A stretch of DNA of 64,000 nucleotides from a virus (lineage: Duplodnaviria > Caudoviricetes): IMG/VR virus record IMGVR_UViG_641201351_000001, positions 88,373 through 152,372 of that record; one strand, written 5' to 3'. Shown one piece after another: positions 27,355-35,639 of this stretch. The translations under genes were made by a program, and so were the position numbers. The notes under the pieces were generated by a model. It was not told the origin of the DNA and did not search any database. It saw nothing but the letters and a program-made list of their open reading frames with translations. Numbering within the stretch: position 1 is the stretch's first letter; every line of letters starts with the position of its first letter.

Positions 27355-27885
27355 TCAGATCTCAATTTTTTTTCTTTCAAAATACACTAAAAACCAAATG
27401 ACATACTTTTCAGGAAAAGGTATTGTTTTATTTTTAAAGCTTGCGACAATTCTTTGCGCAAAAGATATCTTCAAGGTCTTGTTTTCGTATATGCAGTCTT
27501 TAAACATGCTATTTTCGATTATCTTTTCTATTCTTTCAGAAATCATTTTTGATAGGTCTACTTCGCTGACATCTTCAATGAATTCTTTGTTTGAACCTAG
27601 AAAATTTGTTAAATTTTTTATTCTCTTTTTCTTTTGTCCTTGTACTTCAATTTCAACATCATTAGCGATGACGACATCTAAATTCTCTTTTTTGATTTCT
27701 TTGAATGTTTTAGCGAGAAATTTTTTTGCAGCTTCAAAGTCTTCTGAAACAAACTTTCTTTGGTTGAATAATTCGTTTGTAAGGCCGCTAAAATCAATTC
27801 TTCTATAAATGCTAACTGCACAATTTTTCATTAAAAATCTTTGTTCGCCTAAGTCTTTGTTATAAAACAAAAGCTCTTTTCTCAT
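27355..27885 (-). CDS. hypothetical protein (ends IEI)
   Basis: start re-set after AGAGGAGGT. Confidence 0.75.
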   Translation of the reverse strand: MRKELLFYNKDLGEQRFLMKNCAVSIYRRIDFSGLTNELFNQRKFVSEDFEAAKKFLAKTFKEIKKENLDVVIANDVEIEVQGQKKKRIKNLTNFLGSNKEFIEDVSEVDLSKMISERIEKIIENSMFKDCIYENKTLKISFAQRIVASFKNKTIPFPEKYVIWFLVYFERKKIEI

Positions 27886-27898
27886 CCTAGACCTCCTC

Positions 27899-28330
27899 TT
27901 ATGTGTAATCTTTAAAGACTTCTTCATCTAGCGCTCTTTCAAACTCTTCTTTAGTGAGCGTTATAATCTTTCCTTCCTCAAAGAAGTGAATGCGCTTGAA
28001 GTCTAATTCATTTAATATGCTTGCGCAATACAAGCAAGGTCTAGTATTCTTAAGAAGGTTTTTTCTGTAGCCGAAAACAAAAATATCACTAGGATAAAAG
28101 TTTTCTTTTCTAGCCTTGTGAAAAAAGTCTAACTCAGCGTGAAGCGCTGAAAAGTGAGGATAGTCGTATTTAACTTGCTTGCTGATGATGTATTTATTTT
28201 CGCCAATTAGAATTTCTTTTCTATTTACGCCAACGCAATACATCTTCACTTTGCCTTTTGGTATATTCGCATCTCTTTCTAGCAAAATATTCATTAGACG
28301 AAGTAAACGCTCAATCTTCATGTGCGTCAT
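27899..28330 (-). CDS. cytidine/deoxycytidylate deaminase-superfamily protein
   Basis: HAE and PCLYC zinc-binding motifs. Confidence 0.85.
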   Translation of the reverse strand: MTHMKIERLLRLMNILLERDANIPKGKVKMYCVGVNRKEILIGENKYIISKQVKYDYPHFSALHAELDFFHKARKENFYPSDIFVFGYRKNLLKNTRPCLYCASILNELDFKRIHFFEEGKIITLTKEEFERALDEEVFKDYT

Positions 28331-28342
28331 AATAACACACGC

Positions 28343-28371
28343 TTGACAGAATGTCTAGCTTGCTTTATAGT
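28343..28371 (+). promoter_or_regulatory. sigma70-type promoter
   Basis: TTGACA-17-TATAGT. Confidence 0.8.
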
Positions 28372-28391
28372 AGGAGTTGCAATGAGGGGAG

Positions 28392-29102
28392 GTGTTTACC
28401 TTGCTGAAGTTAGGCGCACTAGACCTAGGCTCAAGAAGACAGATGATTGTAAAAGGAGTCGTAGAAGACGATGTACTGATAGTTAAAAGCTACAACTATT
28501 CTTACATTGAAGAGGAAGAAAAGAAAGAAAAGATTAGAAAGTTAGACGAGTTTTTAGAGAACAATGTTTTAAATGAAGACCTTGATACAATCATTTTAGA
28601 AAGAAGATTTAAAGACAAAAGAAAAAATAAAATACTAACAAAAAAAGAAGGATACAAAACTAACATAGATGCGTTTATCACTTTAAGCGAATACGCTAAG
28701 AACAAACTTTTGAAAAGCAATATAAAGTTGCTAACAGTAGAAGCTAGTAATATTGAAGCTTTTAAAATAACGAGAAGAAAAGGAAACTTTTCTTCACCAG
28801 GCTGGAAGCAAATTCTTACTGGAATCAATAAGCCTAACGACAAAGAAATTGAAAAAGAAATAAACAGTCTTGTAAATAAAGGAAAAATCATATACGAAGT
28901 AAACATTGAAGATTTACTTGCGCAAAAAGTTAAATTTTACATAGACTTCATTGACGCTGTAGGAATGCTTTATGCATACATTAAAAAACCAGAAATTTAT
29001 GCGTTAGAAGAACAAAATGATAACAAAGAACCTGAAGCAGACTTATACGAAGAAATTACAAAGGAGTTGTCAAAAAAACTTCTTGGCCCAATAGTGTCTT
29101 GA
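28392..29102 (+). CDS. RuvC/RNase H-fold nuclease, putative Holliday junction resolvase
   Basis: ALDLG near N-terminus, IILER, WK, IDAVG acidic pattern. Confidence 0.55.
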   Translation: MFTLLKLGALDLGSRRQMIVKGVVEDDVLIVKSYNYSYIEEEEKKEKIRKLDEFLENNVLNEDLDTIILERRFKDKRKNKILTKKEGYKTNIDAFITLSEYAKNKLLKSNIKLLTVEASNIEAFKITRRKGNFSSPGWKQILTGINKPNDKEIEKEINSLVNKGKIIYEVNIEDLLAQKVKFYIDFIDAVGMLYAYIKKPEIYALEEQNDNKEPEADLYEEITKELSKKLLGPIVS

Positions 29103-29633
29103 GTGAAATAAAACTCTTTTTGTGTTTAATGAAATTAAAAATTTTTTAGTGTTCCTTTTTATCTCATTGCTAATAACAAAAGCGTTTATTTCTTTGTAGT
29201 ACTTATAAGCGAACCTAGCGTCCTCATTAAAGTCTGCAACGAAAAGAATTAAGTCTTCTAGATAATAAGAATTCACGATGTAGCTTTTTATCGTCTTGTA
29301 GTCTTCCTTTGTCTTTATGTGATAGAAGTCAAAAACTTCTTCAACTTCAATGAATTTTTTATACGCCTTATACAAAGGCAAAGGATTTTGCAGGAAGTAA
29401 AAAAACAAATATCTAGAAAAAGTTTCTAAATAGTTAGTGCTAAAGCGATATCTTTCAAACTCTGAGATTTTTCTTATAGACTTGTATTGCTTAACAAAAG
29501 CGAACTCTTTCAGTATCTTCTTTTGTATTGGACTTATGTTAAAAATAATCCTATCGATGAAGTAAACGCTTCTAGCGTTTCTTTTAAACGCTTCGCTTGC
29601 TCTTAGAATTGGAAACGATAGTTTAGTGTTCAC
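29070..29633 (-). CDS. hypothetical protein (ends KFF)
   Basis: 187-aa ORF; TGcTATAGT extended -10 upstream. Confidence 0.7.
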   Translation of the reverse strand: MNTKLSFPILRASEAFKRNARSVYFIDRIIFNISPIQKKILKEFAFVKQYKSIRKISEFERYRFSTNYLETFSRYLFFYFLQNPLPLYKAYKKFIEVEEVFDFYHIKTKEDYKTIKSYIVNSYYLEDLILFVADFNEDARFAYKYYKEINAFVISNEIKRNTKKFLISLNTKRVLFHSRHYWAKKFF

Positions 29634-29697
29634 TCTTTATTCACTATAGCACAAGACCTTTATATCGTCCTGCACGCAAAAATTAAGATTTTAAAAG

Positions 29698-30030
29698 TGA
29701 AACCTTGATTTTTGGGCAAAATTGGGGGTTTTATTTTCTTATGTCGATTTTCCTATAGGCGAAACAAAATTATAGGGCGACATAAAATCAAAATCTTTGA
29801 TTTTTGCTAAAAATTGAAAGTTTTATTTTTTTATAAGATTTTCCTATAAGCGAAATAAAACTTTAGGTGGTGTGAAAATAAAAATCTTTGAATTTTGCGC
29901 AAAATTGAAGGTTTTAAAATTTCATAAGGTTTTGCTATAGGTGAAATAAAAAACTGAAAGAACAAAAAACTAAAATCTTTGATTTTTTGGCGAAATTAAA
30001 AGTTTTAAAATTTTGTAAGGTTTTATAGGG
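29698..30030. repeat. non-coding degenerate tandem repeat, ~91-bp period, ~3.6 copies
   Basis: AAAATCTTTGAtTTTTG..AAAATTG..GGTTTT..TAAG.TTTT.CTATAGG.GAAA units starting ~29698, 29790, 29881, 29972. Confidence 0.85.
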
Positions 30031-31627
30031 GATTAAATAAAACATAAACAAAATTTCCAGCAGTAGGAACTTTCATATAGCCATTAGCTTTCATGATTTC
30101 GCTTTCAGATGAATTTTCGTCAAAGAATTTTATTTCGTATTTATTTTGCTCGTAATAACCTTTTAATTTATGTTTTTGAAAAAGTTCTCTAGGATAAAGC
30201 TCTCTTCCGTTCTTCGTATAAAAGTATCCAGGCTTTGTTATTCCAATTCTTTTAAATCCAAGTTTCTCGTAAACCTTGCCACTAGAATACATAAGGTCTG
30301 CATAAGAGATTAAGTTTTTTGGTGAAAAGTGTTTTATCATTTTTCCTAATGCGCCAATAACAATCGTGTTTTTCTTTGAGGCAAACCTAACTAGCTCCCA
30401 AGAGAAATTCTCGTTGTATCTAGGTTTTGCAAAAGAAGCTGCTGCTACGATTTCGTCATCATAATACAGACCAAAAGCATACTTAAAACTTGCGCTTCCA
30501 GAAATATGATTTTCTTCAAAAAATTCGTTTGCAGTAGTGTAGTCAACTTCTTCAATTTTTGTTTTCCTAGCAAATATTTTTCTTTCAAAGAGTCCTAGTT
30601 TCGCTTTAATTAGCGATTTGACGATATCTAGTTTTTGGTAAATAATAGGTTCGTAGAAGAACAGAACATCAATTCCTCTATCAAGAAACAGCAGCTTTTT
30701 CTTTTGCAGGTGATTGAAAGGTTTCTTTTCCTCTGAGTGCCAATAAGCTCCGTTGAGTTCTATTGCTAGATTTTTTGCCGGAATAAAAAAGTCTAATTCT
30801 AGTTCATCTCTATACCTAAATTCATAAGAAAAAGGAATGTTCTTTAAAACTTCGTTTTCAAAAAATTCTTCAAGCGTGCTTTTCTTAATCCTACAACTAG
30901 GACAAGAAGTTATGTTATATTGAAGTAGAACATTTAAATAATATTCAAAAACATTTCCACAAGAGCAAAGTAAAGGAACTCTAGATTTTATATTGTAGTC
31001 GTCATATAGAATCTTTAAGTTCGCCTTAGATGTAAACTCTTCTATTTTTTGTCTAGCTTTTAATGTGATTTCATTTTTCTGCTTAAGTTTTTCTTCTTTT
31101 TTATCTACTCCCTTCTTTTTCTCCTCAATTAAAAAGAAAAACCTTTCCTTTTTCTTTAGATAAACATCTCGTAGCGTTGTGTACTTCAAGCGCCAAATTT
31201 CTTGGTTTTTGTAAATGAGAGAAAATTCTAAATTAGACAAATTCAAAACAGCCTCAATTGAAAAATTCTTTTCTGCTTCTTTTACAAGATGTGAAATTTG
31301 CGGCAAATGAATAAAAAATTTCATACTAGTCAAAAATTCAAAAAACGCTTTCTCAAAAGAAATTTCTTCAAAACTCTCAACAAGTTTATAATGCCTCTTC
31401 GTTTCTAAATTATAGACTAAATCTTTTTGGGCCTTTTGAGCGTTTGTAGCCTTTGTATAAAGCGAAGGATACGGAATAAGAAACTTGTTGTCTTTATAAA
31501 AGACAATTACGCCGTCTTTAGAAAATCTTTTCTCGAAGTTTTCTACAAAAGAAAGCATCTTGTCAAACTTTTTCTTCGCTTGAAGAACTTTTTTGTTTTC
31601 AATGTGGTTAGGAAGGATGATCTTCAC
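30023..31627 (-). CDS. Hef-like free-standing homing endonuclease (Zn ribbon, Vsr/DUF559-like nuclease, GNAT-like C-domain)
   Basis: CSCG/CPSC; ELDFFIP..LAIELNGAYWH; ARK...ENHISG...WELVRFA...SYAD; start re-set to GTG 31627 after TGtTATACT because the longer ORF overlaps a tRNA. Confidence 0.75.
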   Translation of the reverse strand: MKIILPNHIENKKVLQAKKKFDKMLSFVENFEKRFSKDGVIVFYKDNKFLIPYPSLYTKATNAQKAQKDLVYNLETKRHYKLVESFEEISFEKAFFEFLTSMKFFIHLPQISHLVKEAEKNFSIEAVLNLSNLEFSLIYKNQEIWRLKYTTLRDVYLKKKERFFFLIEEKKKGVDKKEEKLKQKNEITLKARQKIEEFTSKANLKILYDDYNIKSRVPLLCSCGNVFEYYLNVLLQYNITSCPSCRIKKSTLEEFFENEVLKNIPFSYEFRYRDELELDFFIPAKNLAIELNGAYWHSEEKKPFNHLQKKKLLFLDRGIDVLFFYEPIIYQKLDIVKSLIKAKLGLFERKIFARKTKIEEVDYTTANEFFEENHISGSASFKYAFGLYYDDEIVAAASFAKPRYNENFSWELVRFASKKNTIVIGALGKMIKHFSPKNLISYADLMYSSGKVYEKLGFKRIGITKPGYFYTKNGRELYPRELFQKHKLKGYYEQNKYEIKFFDENSSESEIMKANGYMKVPTAGNFVYVLFNPL

Positions 31628-31650
31628 AGCATCAGTATAACAAAAAAATT

Positions 31651-31727
31651 TGGTGGGGCGTGTAGGACTCGAACCTACAACCAATCGGTTATGAGCCGAC
31701 CGCTCTCACCGCTTGAGCTAACGCCCC
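31651..31727 (-). tRNA. tRNA with CAT anticodon, probably Ile2 (lysidine type), alternatively Met
   Basis: GGGGCGT/ACGCCCC acceptor stem, CTCATAA loop, GTTCGAGTC T-arm, encoded CCA. Confidence 0.9.
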
Positions 31728-31739
31728 ACGATTATTATT

Positions 31740-31816
31740 TGGCGAGGGGTGCAGGACTTGAACCTGCAACCTAGGGATTAGAAATCCCTTGCTCTGTCCT
31801 GTTGAGCTAACCCCTC
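31740..31816 (-). tRNA. tRNA-Arg(TCT)
   Basis: GAGGGGT/ACCCCTC acceptor stem, AGGGA-TTTCTAA-TCCCT anticodon arm, encoded CCA. Confidence 0.95.
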
Positions 31817-31828
31817 AAACACAAGTCT

Positions 31829-31857
31829 AGTATAGCACACCCTCACAAGTCTGTCAA
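31829..31857 (-). promoter_or_regulatory. tRNA operon promoter
   Basis: TTGACA-17-TATACT. Confidence 0.85.
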
Positions 31858-32405
31858 GCCTGTGTGTCAGGCTCCAAAACAACCTCTTCAACGAGTTCTC
31901 CTACTAGATATGTATAATACTTTGAAAATTCTTTATAACCAGGTGCAAACACTTTTAATGTCATATTTACTCTAGCCTTATCTTCAATTACAATAACTTC
32001 ACCCTCTTGAACATTGTATTCAACAAGGTTTTCTCCTTCTTGTCTTTGCATTGAACATCTAGCGAAAACAGGATTGCCTTGCTGGTCTTTAATGATTAGC
32101 GTTAGCTTAAAAGTAGTTTTTATTTGCCCACCAATAACTCCATAAATACCAGCTTCTAACATCTTACCTATAGTGCATTCATCAACGCCAAGGTTTTTAT
32201 TAGTAAGCTGCATCAAGATAAAAACAGGTTCTCCTTCTATAGTTATACTACCTGTTTCTAATGTATACCACTTACCGTCTTTATAAAAACCATCAGCGTA
32301 CTCAATTGTTACTCTTAAAGACTCTGTTGCGAAATCTCTTTCTATGTGAAGGCTTTTGTGTCTTCTCTCTATTTTTGTTTGAACTTCTCCTACTTCTAAA
32401 GCCAT
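31854..32405 (-). CDS. hypothetical protein with beta-sandwich-like C-terminus, possibly virion
   Basis: TAGAAT 7 nt before ATG; APGYK motif. Confidence 0.7.
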   Translation of the reverse strand: MALEVGEVQTKIERRHKSLHIERDFATESLRVTIEYADGFYKDGKWYTLETGSITIEGEPVFILMQLTNKNLGVDECTIGKMLEAGIYGVIGGQIKTTFKLTLIIKDQQGNPVFARCSMQRQEGENLVEYNVQEGEVIVIEDKARVNMTLKVFAPGYKEFSKYYTYLVGELVEEVVLEPDTQA

Positions 32406-32448
32406 AATTATATTCTATAACAAAGTCGTCTTGTGGTATGATGTGTGT

Positions 32449-32622
32449 ATGGAAATTTACTACGAGCTAAAAGATAAATTTGATTTTGGTTATTTCATTA
32501 AGATAAATTTTGATGCGAGAAATTTGTTTTTTGTTAGCGCAACAAATTTTGAGGAAAAATTTTGCGAAATAAAAAATACTCTACTTCTTAATGATGTTCA
32601 AATTTCTTATAAACTCCTCTAA
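32449..32622 (+). CDS. small hypothetical protein, leaderless
   Basis: TGgTATGAT extended -10 7 nt before ATG 32449; overlaps the end of the next gene. Confidence 0.4.
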   Translation: MEIYYELKDKFDFGYFIKINFDARNLFFVSATNFEEKFCEIKNTLLLNDVQISYKLL

Positions 32623-35600
32623 AGGAACTGAAGAAATATTGCCTTCTACAATAATCACATGTGTTCCTCTTACTCCAGAAGATACTTGTAAAGAAGGCGT
32701 TGTAGTAGAAGAAATAGAAACACTAGAAGCAGTATTAGTTGAAGGAATGTTTTCAATATTTCTACGCATCTCGTCAATTATTTTTTTAGACTCTGGGCTT
32801 AAATTGAGATACTTGTAAAGAAAATCAGTTCCTCCTTCTATCGCCTCAGAAGTTAAATTAATAATTCCTTTTCCTAAAGGCTCACTAAGCTTTAGCGTAA
32901 TAGCAGCTAAAGTAGTGATGTTTTTATTTAGACTTACAACTGCTTGAGAGTTTTCTTTAAAAGTGTCAATAAGAAGTTGGAAAGAAGAATTTAACACATC
33001 TAACTGCCTAGCAAAAACTTCATCTGGTGTCTTTGTAGTTGGCATTCCTTTTCCTAGCTCTGTTTCTACAATTCTCCTAGCTCTCGTAATATCGCCAGTA
33101 ATAGCAGACGCAATTAGAGTTCTAAACACCTCAGGAGAAATATTAGTAAGACCTAAGACTTGCTGCATTATAGGAATTAAAAAGTTTTCTGCTTGCGCTG
33201 TAAATCTTCCTCCAGTAAATTGACTAACTAATCCAGTTTCTATAGAAAGTCTTCTTAGAACCTGAATTAAATTATCAGGTGTAGCACCTCTTTGTAAGTC
33301 TAAAGGTGTCAAACCTGCACGAATACCAATACCTAAAGCTATAGGATTTCCACTTAAGCCGCTTCTAATAAATTCGTTAAAAGTAGAAACACCTTGTTGA
33401 ACTATCTCAGGATTTCTTTCAGCCAATCTAGCGATTTGATAGTTTGAAAAGTTTCGCAAAACAGTTTGCGCTGTTAAAAAAGTATTAAAGTAATCATAAG
33501 GATTCAAACCTTGCCTAATAGCGATAGAAGTTGAGGCGCTAATCAAAGCTTCACTAAAAGCTTTAGTAAACGCTGAATATTCACTTCCTAATAAAAAGGC
33601 TCCTCTTATAGCTCTTCTTTCATCTATTAACGCTCTTCTAGAAGTAGCTACAAGATTTACAGCCTCTGCAATAGAAGTACCAAACAGATTAGCTACTCTA
33701 GCGCTGTTTAATAAAGCAGAAGAAAAATTATCTACGCTTCTACTTAAGCCGCCAATAGAAGCGAACAACCTAGCTGATGTACCTAGATATTCTTCTGTTG
33801 TAAATCCTTGATTAGCAGGAAATACTCTTCCTCCAAAAATAAATTGCCTAGAAACATTAGCTACATCTCCTCCTAATTGCTCACGAATTTGCTGAGGAAG
33901 AAGTCTTATTTGTGTAAAGCGGCTATAAAAAGTATCATAAGCTTTGTTTACGCTCTGCAAATAAAAATCAGTAAGAAAAGCTGCTGAACCTGCTAGAACG
34001 CCTGCACCTACGCTAGCTGCTGATGTGAGTATGTTTCTTCCTACTAGATTGTTAGCAGACAAAGAAGCTGCTAAACCTAAAGAACCTACAGAAACTGCTG
34101 CTGCGCTTGTTGCGATAGAAAATTGATTTAAATTTTTTGTGGTTTCAGAGATGTATTGCTTAACTTCTTCTTTCTCTTTAGGAGGAAAAATCTTATCTAA
34201 TAAGAAACCAGTTCCTACACCTGCTGCTACGCCGAGTATAGGATTAAAAAGTCCTACAAGCGAACCTACTGCAAAAGAAGCTCCTGTTTTTAAAACATTT
34301 TCGATATTAAAAGTTCTTCTTAATCCTTCGCCTAAATTTCCAGATTCTAAAGTATTTAGAATAGCGTCTAAACCTATACCAAATAACGCACCTGTTGCGC
34401 CTACTCTTAAACCTCTAGAAAAATTTGTAGGAGTTCTATCAGTAGTAGGTCTATTCGTAGGAACAGGTGTAGGAGTTCTATTAGTAGGAGGAGGAGTTGT
34501 TATAGGAGTTCTGCTTAACGAAGGAAAGTTTCTAGCTAATAAATTATCTACTGCGCTAAATACATTTGTGCCTATGAGAAAACCTTGTCTAAGCGAAGAA
34601 GCAAAGATATCTACAAAAGGATTTCTTGTTGTTGAAAAAATATAATCTAATTCTCTTATGCTGAAATTTTTGAAGGAGTTTAAAAGTTCTCTTAGTTCTT
34701 TATTCGCTTCATTTCTAATCTTTAATTCTTCTGCATATAGCTGAGTAAGAGATTTTAGATAGTTAAATCTCTCTTCTTGAAGCCTAGCAACTTCTTCTGG
34801 TGATTGCGCTTTTTGTAAGCTTTCATTTACTCTGTTTAATTGCGCAATAAAATTTGACCTAGCGATGCTTATTGCGTTTAAAGATTCGTTGTAAAACTCA
34901 CTAAGCGTTCTAGATAGAAATATTTCTCTTTCGCTTTTAAAAATTCTTTCAGATATAGAAAGCTGATTTCTTGTTGATTTCGCTAGCTCAAAAAGACTTC
35001 TAAATTCTGAGAACGCTCTTTGCGCACCTGTTTGTCTTAGGTCAAAGTAGTTAGAAAGAAAATCTCTATCTAAATCGCCTGAAGCTTCTAAATAGTATCC
35101 AGTTATAGGAAACTTTTCTATAGCTCTTTTATAAAATGCGCCTAAAGCGATGTCTTGTATAGATTTTTCCTGAGTTCTAATATCTTGAAGTTTTAAATCA
35201 GCAACAAATTTTTCTACAGCCTTTCTAAATTCTCCTAGATTTACTGAAGCTATATTAAGCGCTTTAGGAAGTTGTTGTGATAATTCTTCAACAAAATTTC
35301 TTCCTGTAGCTTGAGAGAGGAGATTTAAGTTTTCTATTTGCTGCTTTAATGATGAAAGAAAATTTTGCAGCTCATTTAAATCTCTAGCATAAGGCAAGGA
35401 TATGCCTCTTGATCTTCTAACTGATGAAACGCTGTATTCTAATTGCTGTAAAGTTTCAATTAGCTGTTGTGTATTTCTAGATGCAGCTTTTAGTGTTGCT
35501 GATAAAATTTGCGAAAATGTTCCTGTTTCTGAGCCTAGAAGTTCTTCTATTGAGCCTTTAGATTTTATTAGATTTCTTAGCTCACCTAAAATTTCTTTTG

Positions 35601-35625
35601 TGTTTTCATCTCTGTCTTCGGGCAT
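32581..35625 (-). CDS. tail tape-measure-like protein
   Basis: 1014 aa, helical A/G/L/S-rich, central Gly-rich hydrophobic segments, almost no Cys/Trp/His. Confidence 0.7.
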   Translation of the reverse strand: MPEDRDENTKEILGELRNLIKSKGSIEELLGSETGTFSQILSATLKAASRNTQQLIETLQQLEYSVSSVRRSRGISLPYARDLNELQNFLSSLKQQIENLNLLSQATGRNFVEELSQQLPKALNIASVNLGEFRKAVEKFVADLKLQDIRTQEKSIQDIALGAFYKRAIEKFPITGYYLEASGDLDRDFLSNYFDLRQTGAQRAFSEFRSLFELAKSTRNQLSISERIFKSEREIFLSRTLSEFYNESLNAISIARSNFIAQLNRVNESLQKAQSPEEVARLQEERFNYLKSLTQLYAEELKIRNEANKELRELLNSFKNFSIRELDYIFSTTRNPFVDIFASSLRQGFLIGTNVFSAVDNLLARNFPSLSRTPITTPPPTNRTPTPVPTNRPTTDRTPTNFSRGLRVGATGALFGIGLDAILNTLESGNLGEGLRRTFNIENVLKTGASFAVGSLVGLFNPILGVAAGVGTGFLLDKIFPPKEKEEVKQYISETTKNLNQFSIATSAAAVSVGSLGLAASLSANNLVGRNILTSAASVGAGVLAGSAAFLTDFYLQSVNKAYDTFYSRFTQIRLLPQQIREQLGGDVANVSRQFIFGGRVFPANQGFTTEEYLGTSARLFASIGGLSRSVDNFSSALLNSARVANLFGTSIAEAVNLVATSRRALIDERRAIRGAFLLGSEYSAFTKAFSEALISASTSIAIRQGLNPYDYFNTFLTAQTVLRNFSNYQIARLAERNPEIVQQGVSTFNEFIRSGLSGNPIALGIGIRAGLTPLDLQRGATPDNLIQVLRRLSIETGLVSQFTGGRFTAQAENFLIPIMQQVLGLTNISPEVFRTLIASAITGDITRARRIVETELGKGMPTTKTPDEVFARQLDVLNSSFQLLIDTFKENSQAVVSLNKNITTLAAITLKLSEPLGKGIINLTSEAIEGGTDFLYKYLNLSPESKKIIDEMRRNIENIPSTNTASSVSISSTTTPSLQVSSGVRGTHVIIVEGNISSVPLEEFIRNLNIIKK

Positions 35626-35639
35626 ATTCTTCTTTTTTA

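Noticed and set aside
270-29633. Diversity-generating retroelement behind the paralogs
   Set aside because: No reverse transcriptase and no template/variable repeat pair with adenine-specific differences seen.
31628-31774. ORF extension 30023..31684 and plus-strand ORF 31427..31774
   Set aside because: Both overlap tRNA genes; treated as artefacts of the tRNA sequence.
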